Source: the human T2T-CHM13v2.0 reference genome, Homo sapiens. Taken from it: 64,000 bases of DNA. The translations under genes were made by a program, and so were the position numbers. Below, piece after piece: positions 1-14,762 of the stretch (its first letter is position 1; each line of letters starts with the position of its first letter). Location of the stretch: the NCBI RefSeq assembly GCF_009914755.1, contig NC_060935.1; one strand, 5' to 3'. The notes below the pieces were generated by a model. That model ran no database searches, had not been told where the DNA came from, and saw only the letters and a program-made list of their open reading frames with translations.

Positions 1-905
1 AAATACTCTCAGCTGTAGCCATGCCTTTTATTATATATACACACGGCATTCAACCTGAGCATTCAGGATTCCTCTGGGACTGAGATAAAAAAATTTCATT
101 AAAGTTTACTTTCTTACAGAGCTTTTAATGCACACATCTTACTTTCTAAATGTCACAAAGGCTAATGAAAAAACATGCTATTGCTATAAGAAATGAGGGA
201 TGTAAATGTAAAGCAAACTAAATTCAAGTAAATCTAGTTTTCCTAAATGTCCCTGGCAAGATTCAAGTTAGTGTGTTTATGTGCTTAAATTAGATAATTG
301 AATGTTAAAAATTACAGTTCTTAAAACGTTGTGTTTATATAATAATAACCATAACAACAAAAAATGTTAGAAATTCTACTCCGGCCATGTAACTCCCCAA
401 ATTAAGAATATCCCCACCTTTTTTTTTTTTTCCCCTAGAGTAAAAAACACAGAGGTGAATACAGGGTAAACAGAAAAAAAGATGTATCCCATATTTTACC
501 AGCCACCATAAAATTTCAATTCCAGTTCAGTCCTAGGTCTGAAGCAGGTGTGGAAAGTGAACCTACTTTGGGCATAGAGCTGGGAGTTCAGGACAGACTG
601 GAACTCCAAGAACTACTTCAGACTACACTCAGAAAGATTCCATTTAATTCCAGAACTCTTCCATTCCACTCAAGTTTTTCCATACTAGGGTTGAGTAAGC
701 CATTCAATCTTTCATTTAATTTCTACTCTGTTCTATACACTAGACTAAGCCCTGGGATGAGTTCCTAGGTCTTAAGAAGGTCATTGTCTAAAGAGACAAG
801 TAGATTATATAAACAGATAATCATAATGTGATTTTTTAATGTGTTACACTAGAGATGTGTATGAAGTGCTAACTGCCTGAAGGAACAAAGATTTCCTAGA
901 AGTAG

Positions 906-2938
906 TGATGGCAGCAGCAGGCTGTCTGGAGTGGCTGCTGCCATCACACTGGCTGTAGTGGGGAGGCATGGCCAGGGCTGCAGGATTCATGAAGCTGGCA
1001 GGGGCTGGGGACAAGCAGGAGCCCTGCCCCTTCTGAGTTGGGGTGGGAGGTCCCTTGGGTGCCACTGCAGACACCCAAGCCATGGCTGTGGACCCTGGAA
1101 TCCCTGGGCTCTCAGGACCTGGGAGCAGGTGGGAGCCCTGCCCTCCCGGGTGGAGGTGCAGCCATCTGAGTTGTGGTTGCAGGCCTGAGCTTCCTGCTCC
1201 ACAGAGCAGGTAGGAGCCTTGCCCTCCCAGGAGCTGCACCTGTCCAAGTCATGGCTATAGACCAGACCTCCCTGTGCTCTTGTGTGGGGACAGGTAGGAG
1301 CCCTGCCCTCCCAGGTGTAGCTCCAGTCACCCAAGTCATGGCTGCAGACCCAGGCCTCTTGCTCCATGGAACATGCAGAGCCCCATTCCCCAACACAGCT
1401 GTAGCCAACCAAACTGCAACTGTAGACATAGACATTTCTGTACTCTTGGGGGTCCTTAAGGCCACCCCTGCCCTCACAGGCTCAGAAGTGCCTGCTACCA
1501 TTGCCTGGCTTCTCCCTGCTGTCGGCACCTGCTCTGATCATGGTGCAAAGTTGGGTGAGTCCAAGTGCTGTTGCAGCCCAACCAGGTTGTGCAAACACTT
1601 GGGGCAGTGCTGACATGCCAGCCCCCTGGTGCCTTGGACTGCTCTGGACTTTGGGTGCCAACAAGCATAGGAGGGAAGCCGATCGGGGGCTGAGGCAGCT
1701 CGGTGCTGGCCTGCAGGTGCCCCTTTGCACCTATAGCCTGGGCGCCATGAACAGCAGCAGGAGGCAGAAAGGTTCCTGGGCAGAAGGGGGTGAGTCCCTG
1801 GTGAGGCCTACTTTTAGGCCAGGGAGGGCCTGAAAGCTGGGGGCCAGGCTGCCAGTCCTGTGGACTGGAGTGGGAACTTGTGGTGCTTTTTCTGGGTCTG
1901 CCCATGGCTGCCCATGGACAAATAAGCCAGCTCTTCCTCCCCTCTGAAGTCCATAAAACCCCTAGGCTCAGCCAGAGCTGAGCAGATGTCCTGACAACCA
2001 GCTGCAGAGAGGACTACCCACTACAGGGCCTCCTTTCTGCTGACAGCTGCAGATGTGAGGATGACCAGCCTGCAGAGAGGAGCTACCCACTCCAGGGCCT
2101 CCTCTCTCAGAGCTGCACAGATGATGAAACAACCAACTACAGGGAGGAGCTATCCTCTCTGCTAGGAGTTGGACATCTGATGGGATGACCTGCCTGCAGA
2201 GAGGAGCTACCCTCTTTGCTAGGAGCTGAACACTTGATGGGGCACCCTGGCTGCAGAAAGGAGCTGCCCCCTGTGGGTCTCCTCTGAGCTGTTATATTGC
2301 TCAATAAAGCTCCTCTTCATCTTGCTAACCCTTCACTTGTCTGTGTACCTCATTCTTCCTGGTCACAGGATGAGAACTTCAGATCCGCTGAATGGTGAGG
2401 CTGAAAGAGTGGTAACACAAACAGGGCTGAAACATGCCCCTTGTTCACCACACTGTGGGTGAAGAGAAGGAGATAAGAGCTGCAGCCCTTTGGGAAGCCC
2501 AGAGCTGGGAGCTCCCTGAGCAGGGCTGTGACTCCCACTTTGGATCCCTGCAGTTCCTGGCATCTCCAAGCTTCTGGGCACCACTGTGTTCCCTAGTGCC
2601 AGCCATAGAAGCTGCTGGTGGTGTGCCTGGTCTGGCTGCAGCCTCACAGACAGCCAGCACCCATGCAGGCACGTGCAGCTGTCCGCTACGCTGCAGCAGC
2701 TGGTATGTCTGACTGTGTGCAGTGTCCAGGCCCCATGCTCACTCACACACCCCTCGCCACTCCACACCTGACTTGCCTCTGGCAGGCATGGGATCCAGGC
2801 CAGTAGTAAGAGCCAAGTGCAGCCTGCAAGGCCTAGTGGGTGGAATGAACCCAGTGGCCTGAGCAAATCTTGGGCAAATACATCACTGTCCACAGAGATT
2901 TCTGGCCAGAAAAGTGACAACCCCAAGGTGTTGTAACA
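906..2938 (+). mobile_element. Solo ERV1 LTR, MER52 family (length fits MER52D), antisense to ARHGAP20
   Basis: Starts TGATGGCAGCAGCAGG and ends GTAACA (TG...CA). Imperfect 4-bp TSD gtag/gtaa. GC-rich internal tandem blocks, CATAAAA near 1952, AATAAA at 2303-2308. Similar to the recalled MER52 consensus. Confidence 0.8.
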
Positions 2939-2976
2939 GTAACATATAACAGTAACAGTAACCTGTAACAGTAACA
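2933..2976 (+). repeat. (GTAACA)n short tandem repeat at the LTR 3' end
   Basis: gtaacagtaacatataacagtaacagtaacctgtaacagtaaca. Confidence 0.8.
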
Positions 2977-3787
2977 TGTGAGTTGGGCCTTGAGGTCAGA
3001 ACTTTGAATGTCTATATCTTGAACCTCCACAATTAACACTAGAGCTTTCCCACTGGGGATCAACCATTCCAAAGATGAGTTACAGATCTAAGTCTCAGAG
3101 GGGGCCTTCTGAAAGATGTATTGCTGTTATGTTTTCAGTGTAAGGCTATTTACTAGGAGGCCTTCTCTACACTGAGGCAAAAATTTGGAAAAAAGATTGG
3201 CAATGACTATCTCACCAATGGTTATGCTGGTTAACAGGGATATTTTCTGAAAGCTAATTAGAGAAAGCTTTATATTTAGTTTAAAAATAAAATATTGTTC
3301 TCAGACAATATTCTAACAGAAATCATTAGATTTTAACCCTTTGTTTCCAGGGGAGAAAACAAGACATGATTTTCCACATAAGAGACCATGCAAAATACCC
3401 ATTTCCTAGGACTAAGCAATTTAAGAATTTATGAATTCTGTGCATTTTAAATATACAGGCCACAAACAAGTGTGAAAGATTCTGACTATAACAACTAGCA
3501 CTTGGTAAATAAGGCAAAATTCTATGTTTATACTATGTGCCAAAAAAGAAGTATTAGCTCATTTTTCCCCATTAAAAGTCAGGTTAATAGCTGGTACATA
3601 TGTGAACAAGGGAGCATGAAGATACTCTTGCTTAAATTAGAACATGACAAAGATGTAACAGGCAAAGGAATGAAGACAAGTCAAATAAGATGGCTCTGTT
3701 ACTTGTGTGAGCTCTGTTATAAAGTCTGGTAGAATATAGAGTCTTTAGCTGGCATGTTTTTAATTATGCATATTTTAATCATTCAAT

Positions 3788-6424
<2,637 letters not shown>

Positions 6425-8806
6425 ATCTAAATCACTGGTTTCTAAAGCAGTTGTTCATCAAATTCTTTTGTATTTAAAAAGAAACAACATTAGTGGTTCA
6501 CCTGTAATTTTTTACACAGGCATTCTGATGCTCTCAGCTGGCCCTTGGCATCACTGGTCTATAGTTATTCCATCCCTAATCCCACTTACCATGAATCATT
6601 TACAGCTGGAATCATCTAGCCTCACTTCCAACAGAGAGAAACTAAGCAGAGGATGCCTACAATTTAGTTGAGCAAGTCATTAGCAAAACTGGTTAAAACC
6701 CTTAGGATTCCTGATTTCTGATTATTATAAAATAAAATTGACAAGGGACCCAGAAAAATAGTTTTGAAAAACACAGGTGCAAAGGTAGAAGAGTAGAAGA
6801 TTATTATTCTCCTCAGCCTAGTTATAAAGATACCCTTTATAAAAATCCCTGCCTTCATGGAGCTCACATTTTAGTGGATGGAAAGACCATGATATCTCAG
6901 TGTTCCCCTTTCAAAATTACCCAAGGGGAACGAAAAATTTTAGAGTCCAAAACCTCAATTTACTATCATAGAGAGATGTCTGTTAACAAATTCAAGGTAA
7001 ATTTGTGTATCTGATGTTGGTAAGATGAGGGAGTCCCTGATGACTGATCTACTGATTTACCAATGACTTTGGTAAAGTATAAAGTTTGAGGCTAGGTCAT
7101 CAACAGAAAGTGACAGGCTGGCTGTGCATGTGGGTGGAAATTTATATAAGACAGTTGACTCAAGTAGTTGAAGAATGCTGCACAGAAACAAAGTTAAGAC
7201 TACTCTCACCCAGTATGAAGTGCCCATTAAGGTTGGTCATTAATGATACCAAGTAGTCTTGATGCTATATGATTTCTTCCAACAGTGCACAGAGTTAATC
7301 TAGAGATGAGATTTTAGGAGATGTATAGGAATGTAGAAAAGAAGGTCAAAGAAACAGAAGTTTTCTGCTAGACAGGGATGATCACGATAACCATGGAATT
7401 CAAGTTGCATAAGGAGGAAAGTAAAGATGGACACGGGGACTAACAGATGGAGAAAGTGGTAGAGTTTAGTAGGTTTGAAAGAAGCAGAAGGAATCTGGGC
7501 TTCCAGAGATGAAAAATAGAATGAACAAAGGCTGGCTGAAGAAAACAGATGGTGGTTACAACTCTTTTTGTCCAATAAAATGTCAAAATCTTGAATCAAA
7601 GGGGCGAACAGGAAAATAAGTTTCACAATGCTGTTACAATTTCTTGATGCAGTTGTTTCAGAAACTATATGTTTTAGTATGAAATATAAATTAGAAATTA
7701 ACTTTAAATGCATTAGAGAAGGTTCTGTTTAAAACAATCTTGGAGTGTATTAACACTTAAGGCAAAAAAAACTCTTTACAATGAATGCTGATTTAATTCG
7801 TTTTCTCTAAGTTTAGATAGCTACATACAAATGTTTCTTAAAGTACAGTTGTTCTGCAATGAAGATAAAAACAGTATGAGCTAATTTTTCATTAATGCTA
7901 TGTCAGTTGAATCACACACAGATGAAGAATTTCAGACTTTCCCCTGGCACTCAGATGATGCCAATAATCTGTCAAGTGGCAGGAAGGTAGCCTCAGTGAT
8001 CTCTCAAGGTCTACGCCATCCCTTTAAACTTATTACACCTGGGGTCCTAATTTGGTTCTTTGCAAAACGCAAATCCATGGGTCTCCCAGTTGGTTCACAT
8101 TGACAAAGGTAGCTATAGAAATTCACAATCAATTTTCTACTATCTCACTCATACTTTTTGATATCAATTTTCTTCTGTTGCTTATACAATCTTCCTTTCA
8201 GACAGAGCTTAAAGCTCAAACTTGGGTTAGGGCAAATTACAGTTCTCTTATATTGAAGATCACTTTTATCATTCCAGAGTCTTTATTGTGGGGTGGGTAA
8301 GAGACTGCTATGTTCACAGGGAATTCATATTAGATTAGTAGACTAAGGAGAGACTTCTGTAGAAATCATCTTAGTCTTCACATACTTATCAGAACTAGAA
8401 TCCAGGTAGGGCATCACAATCTTCTGACACCCATCATTGACAGCCTCCTTTTTATAATGCAACCATTTAGGGAGAACACACAGTTGGAGTGTATTACAGT
8501 ACAAAGAAGGCATTGAAGCACCTGCAGCACTGCTTAGTGCCTTTGACTCTGCAGTAGGAATAAGGTTAAAGGGGAAAGAATGGTGAAGAAAGAAGGAACA
8601 GACTGTATTGCTACTAGCTGCTGATTCCTAGTCAATCATGCCTATTGCTGATTTATAAAACCATCTTCTTCTAAAAGTCCATCTTTCCTTTTCAAAATAC
8701 TTAGCAAATTCCAAGAAAAAATACCTCATCTGGCGGGAGGTTTGAGTCTTTGCCTTTGTACTAAATTTATGTTCAAGAACGAAAACTTTTGCTAGAAGCA
8801 ACTCAC

Positions 8807-8995
8807 CACTCAGTTGCTGGGCTGCAGCCAGGCGGCTGGGCTTCAGGATGAACTGGCACTGCATCTCTCGGGGGAGCTGTTCCATAAGGAAGGGCTCCTG
8901 GAGGTTGAAAGGGGTGGTAGAGTCCTTTGATCCCGGTGTCAGGAGTGCAGAGTCTCGAAGATGGCTCATTTTAATTCCATATGGATATTCATGCC
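8807..8995 (-). CDS. ARHGAP20: ARHGAP20 coding exon, 189 nt, end of RA domain HEYPYGIKMSHLRDSALLTPGSKDSTTPFNLQEPFLMEQLPREMQCQFILKPSRLAAAQQLS
   Basis: Acceptor ctctgtgtag|GG and donor GTG|gtgagt. Overlaps ORF 8628..8969. The next canonical exon is not in the window. Confidence 0.95.
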
Positions 8996-11229
8996 CTACA
9001 CAGAGACAAATCTAAATGTAGACTTCAGGCTGACTGGTACTGTTAGCATGTGTACTGCAAAATAGGAATGTACTGCAATTTACTCCTGGGACTTTTGGCA
9101 TAAAGAATCCCTTTGTTTGACAGAATGATCATTTACACTCTTACAGTTGGAGACCAGTATGCAGGTGGTCCTACCAAAGTAGTTTTAAGGAGAGGAGGGA
9201 GAAAAAGAAGAAAAAAATCTTTAAAGATTATCTTGTTTGGAATGAATGCACAGATCAGTTTGCGAGTTCCATAATGCTGACTTTTCCAACACGTGCATCT
9301 AAGGATAACTAAAGGTATTCTATTGTCTCCTTTGACATTAACTAGATATATAAATTTTCAGCAAATACATGTCCTTGCTCAGTCTCAAATCTATGATTTA
9401 AAATATTTTTTCTACCTACCACAGAAGTATAAGGATCTATATATGTCAAGTATCACTATTATTAATATTATTTAACACAAGATGTTTGCCTAAAAACATT
9501 TCATTAATTTTTATTAGTTACACAGTTAGTTACTCAACTGGTTTGATTTATGCTTCCCTCTCACTGCTGCCCTCTGAGATTGATGTTCAGAGGCAATAAT
9601 CAGAAGGAAGACTGCAGGGGATCAGAAACACAGAAACAGATGCAAAAACGAATATACAGACTATAAAAACTAAACCCTGGACATCTGACTACAACATGAT
9701 TTTAACTCTTTAGTATTCTAAGTAATTACGTCCTTTTAGTGTAATCCTCAAATACCACTGATGTAGATTTTTTTTAAGTACAGAGAGCAAGTTCCCTTCT
9801 ATTCCTGACTTATCACTAAATGTAACTCAGTGAACTCTTACTCTTCCTTTTCAGCTGGTCTAGGCATACAATGTCAATGTTTCATTAATATCAAGTACTA
9901 CAGCAGCTTCCAGAGATTAAGACAGAAAAAGGCTTCTATGACAATAATAAAACAAAATCAATTTATCAAAACAGCCGGCAGCTAATCTACAATTGAGGTT
10001 TGCAGAACACATTAAAATAATGATTAAGCATTGCTGCTAAATCATGGGACAATAATGTCCTATGTCTCATTGTTTTTCAGTAAGAGCTAGTCAGGAAGCT
10101 TGGGGCTGTCATAGGCCTAAAAGTTACCATCTACATAGTTTTCATTAATATATTTTATTAAAACAATTATTTCAAGTGTTTGATTTTTAATAACTTTATT
10201 GCTCATTGACTATTACAAAAATGACAACATTAAAAACCTGAAACACAGTCAATTTTGTCTTTAGCTCTGTGCATGATCACTTTCTGTATTCTAAATCTGA
10301 GCATATACATTTGTAGAAAAGTTTGGTTTTAGATTACTAAGGTCACTTGAAACACTGAATTACACAGTTGTGACCTCATAGACAAATGAAAGAATTACAT
10401 GAAATAATGCATACAATATGCTCTGCACGATGTCTGGCAGGTAGTAAGCATTTAAAATTGTTAACAGAAATTGTCATCATCATAATTATCATCGTCATCA
10501 TCTCAAGATCTGGTAAAGATACTGTCCTTTATTTTAATTGTTCTATTTCTGTTAACCACACTGAATGAAATTACTAATCAAGAAATATTTTTTAGCTAAT
10601 GACTTAAATAAGGTAAAATGGAACATATTTATCAATAATTCCTCATGACAAATGCTGGAAAATCTGACTAGAGAAATAGCAAAATAATTTAATTACTGAA
10701 GTAGCAGATAATAAAGACTTTTAGGAGTCTAAATGGGTTAATCTGATTTTCTTCATGATTCTTAGGAAGGTTCTGGGTACATAGCAGGTATTACATACTC
10801 ACTGATGAATTAAGATGCATGGTTGTATTTTAGGTGGTCTTCCATAGAGGCACATAGTAGGTAAGGGAACAGGAAATTAAAAAACTGAATATGAAAAATA
10901 AATGTATGGAGAAAAATAAATACCAACACATATTTCTTTCTTAGAAAAAAATTTAAAAAGGTTTGGCAGGATAACTCTTGTTTGTCAAATGAAAAAGCAG
11001 AGCGAAAAGTTTATATTTCTCTTCCCAACTATACCATTAGCTGCTTGAATGAGGAGATATTATTTGTCTAGCACATAGTAAATCTTTGATAGATCTTTAT
11101 TAAATGAACACCATGAAATTTCATATTTAATAGTATTTAAGCTTAGGACCATATGACCAATTCTCGGAGACACTTAGAATTATAATTAAAACACAATCAA
11201 TGCTATCTTAGACTTTTGCAAAAACTTAC

Positions 11230-11296
11230 CAATGAGTGGGTATGGAGCCTCTTCTTTGCCAGAATTGACCCACAACTGGTAATCTCTCTCAGAGCC
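11230..11296 (-). CDS. ARHGAP20: ARHGAP20 coding exon, 67 nt, RA domain GSERDYQLWVNSGKEEAPYPLI(G)
   Basis: Acceptor ttttatctctaag|G and donor TTG|gtaagt. RA-like DYQLW motif, phase 0 to 1. Confidence 0.95.
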
Positions 11297-12531
11297 CTTA
11301 GAGATAAAAGAGTTAAATGTCACAATAAATCTTTCACATTTGATACTTGAATGAGGACACATTTTTTTTTTTTGGTTATGTGTCCTCCCTCCTGCCCCCT
11401 ACCCAGTGATAGTTAGAGATCCATGAACTGCAGTGGAATCAGGCCTTCACTATATAGGTAGCCTACAGAGTGTAAAATCATAGCTGGGCCCCTTTATAAA
11501 GGAAAAACAATCTTCCTGGCTCTTAAAGGCTAATCTCTTCTTTAGAGTCCTGACTTCTGCTATGTCCCTCCACTTCTCAGAGAATATTGGGCTTAACCTC
11601 CAACATGCCCCTGCAAAGACAACCTTATTATCCAGAAAACCACAAACACTGCTATGTCTATGATTAAAAAGTAATATCTCAAAGGCTGATTATTAGCTTA
11701 GCTGCTTCTGAGCAGGAGAATGACCAAGAAGCTTTGAGGAGATAAGTAATTGGCACAACCTCTACTGGCTTTAGTTTAGGCAAGTTCAGTCCTGGGGAAA
11801 GAAAGGACAAGAATTCTGTTCTAGAGAATAGGCCCAGTCATAGAAAACAATAAAATTGTTCACTAGCAGAATTATAATCCAGCAACATTATAAATCCCAC
11901 TTGAAAGAAATACTAAATTATACAGATTTTGCTGAATCCTCTAGGAGGGATGATAAAACAGAAATGTTTTAAATGAAGCTAGAACAGGTAAGCCTGTTGG
12001 CAATATTTCATATCCTTGCCTTTAACTTCTAATAAAAAATCATGGCCCTGCCCTTACAATACCATAAAAACCATTCCACCCCCCATACTCAGTTTATCTG
12101 TTACTTCCTCCCTGCCCCATCCCTCCTAGTCAAAAAATGTGTTGTAAATAGGAAGGCCAATCTAATAAAAATCCTTTCTTTTTATATAGTGTCTGAAAAC
12201 ACTGTAATAATAATCCCTTAAAACTGGTATAACCAAATAGTCTCAATTCCTAGTTAAATTAACAGTTTTTTTTGGTCTGAGGAGATTAATAATTTTATCC
12301 AAAGGAAAAGCATAGATAAAAGAATGAATCATGTCAGTAATTCCTCTACATACCTCTAAAACTCTCTACTTTCTTCCAAAATATACTCATATAGCTTAGA
12401 AATTAATGGAGGTGACTACTTTACCCAGTGCATATATTTTAAATGTAATCAAATTTATATTACAAAATTTAACGAATTATTAGATTATCCCAAATTCTGG
12501 TTGTCGTGAGTTCTAAAGGGCTTACTATAGT

Positions 12532-12701
12532 ACTGTGTATAAGCAAATCTAAACACAATAATACTATGGCATGTCTTAAATATGTGTCATGAATTGCTCT
12601 GGAAACAGTGCTCCTTGAATGATGTAACGTGACACATATTTAAGACATGCCATAGTATTCTACAATATTATTAATTGTATTTAGCTTTGCTTATATACAG
12701 T
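12532..12701. repeat. Long inverted repeat (hairpin)
   Basis: 12560-12589 is the exact reverse complement of 12630-12659. 12532-12559 pairs 25/28 with 12674-12701. Confidence 0.95.
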
Positions 12702-13554
12702 GTACTTTCATATTTACAGAGAATCTCACTCAAGGAATAGTGTTTTTAAGTGCTTCCTTTAGTTATCATCCTTTTGAAAGTCATTCCCTTTAATGAAAGT
12801 ACTCATTGTGTGGTGTTTATACAACTGGTAGCAAGGTGATGAGGACAGTCTTCCAGTTCTCTTTCCTCTACCTCATCCTCAAATGTTCTAATCTTCTCCA
12901 CTCCTAAAATTCTCAAAAATTCACCTCTATCGCAGAAAACAGAAAGGTACAAAGCTAAAAGTAAAACATGGAAGAATGTGGTGTGCACACTAAAGCTCTC
13001 GAAATCCATGATCTAATTCAAAGCTTGTCTTTTTATTTACCAATTTATCAGAGGTATTAGCCATATCATCCTTAGGACTTGTAGCCAGCTAATATGGTTT
13101 TATGAAAAATTCTATTACAGAGCAAATTCTTCAGAATTCATCATCCTAAGACTGATTGAGTCTTGGGATAATAACAGGATAATTATATAGGGGAAAAGTC
13201 AAATTGTGACCAGTAGCAAGGGGAGAAGGAGGATGAAACTTTATTAAGAAATTTATACCAAAAAAATTTTTGTATATATATACAGCATATATAATAAAAT
13301 ACATATTGTCACTTTAAAATTATAGTCCAATCTTATAATTTTCAGTTCACACAGATTTTAAAATAGGAGAACAGCAGCACCCATATATTAATCATATTAA
13401 AGCTTTACTGTTCTCATTTTCTATATTTTGGGGAATAAAATATGACTTTGGTATCTCTAATAATCAGCTGTCTTATGATGGAAGGAAAATACTTACATAA
13501 ATTTAAATAATCAAAGTTTATTTTTAATTAAGAATGTCTAGCAGAATAACTTAC

Positions 13555-13632
13555 AGTTATCCCTAGCATTGGTAATGACATGTTGATAACTTCATTCGCT
13601 GTATCTGAATTCATTACTGTTATAGTTTTAGA
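13555..13632 (-). CDS. ARHGAP20: ARHGAP20 coding exon, 78 nt, RA domain SKTITVMNSDTANEVINMSLPMLGIT
   Basis: Acceptor ttttttttctacag|T and donor ACT|gtaagt. RA-domain-like KT.....TA.EVI motif. Confidence 0.95.
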
Positions 13633-14397
13633 CTGTAGAAAAAAAATAAGAAATATAGCTATAAAATAATGAATTTTAAAACAGGTTAACAAATAATCAT
13701 TGTCAAATGATTATCGAAAGGCAAATATTGATTTCAAATGTGGACAAAGTCAAGCATAAGATTTAGGTAGAACACAAACCTTTGATTATAATTTGCTTTC
13801 ATTCCCTTATAAATTATGCCCTCTAATAAAACATTTCTCTTAAAGGATGCATGGCTTAAAGAATATAAAAGCTTAAGCAAATAAGAAAGACTAAATATAT
13901 TTCAGAGAGAGTACATGGACCCAGCTTCCAATTAAAAAAATAGATCAGTGAGGTTGGTCCTCTGTCTTATTTCCATAATTGTATTTCCATAAGGCAATGG
14001 GTAATAAAAAAAGGCAAGAGCTGAATCTCTTTCTATTTCTTCCTTAGTAGTGTTTTCACAATACGTTTTATTTCTTTGCGTGGTATAAAGTCAGGTTAGG
14101 TAAAATCAGGATAATAACTGGTTACAAAAGACATTTAAAGCTTAGAATTTTAAAAAGTCACTATTGGGAACTTTCCATGTGTCACACACTGTGGCCACTA
14201 AGATTTTAATTGTTGAAATCTTTGGAGGACATAAAACCAATGAGTCTAGAAAAAAGAAATGAAAATTTTAGAAAGCTCAATTCTATTATCAACTCTGCCA
14301 ATGAATACAATATCTGTAATAGCTCTGTGCTAAACTATATTGAATACTTTTACTTAAAAATAGACAATTTGCAGCAAACAGTAAAAGAGTTAACAAG

Positions 14398-14762
<365 letters not shown>

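Noticed and set aside
844-3072. Cluster of overlapping 60-204 aa ORFs
   Set aside because: They lie within or overlap the GC-rich MER52 LTR, occur on both strands and contain no recognisable domain.
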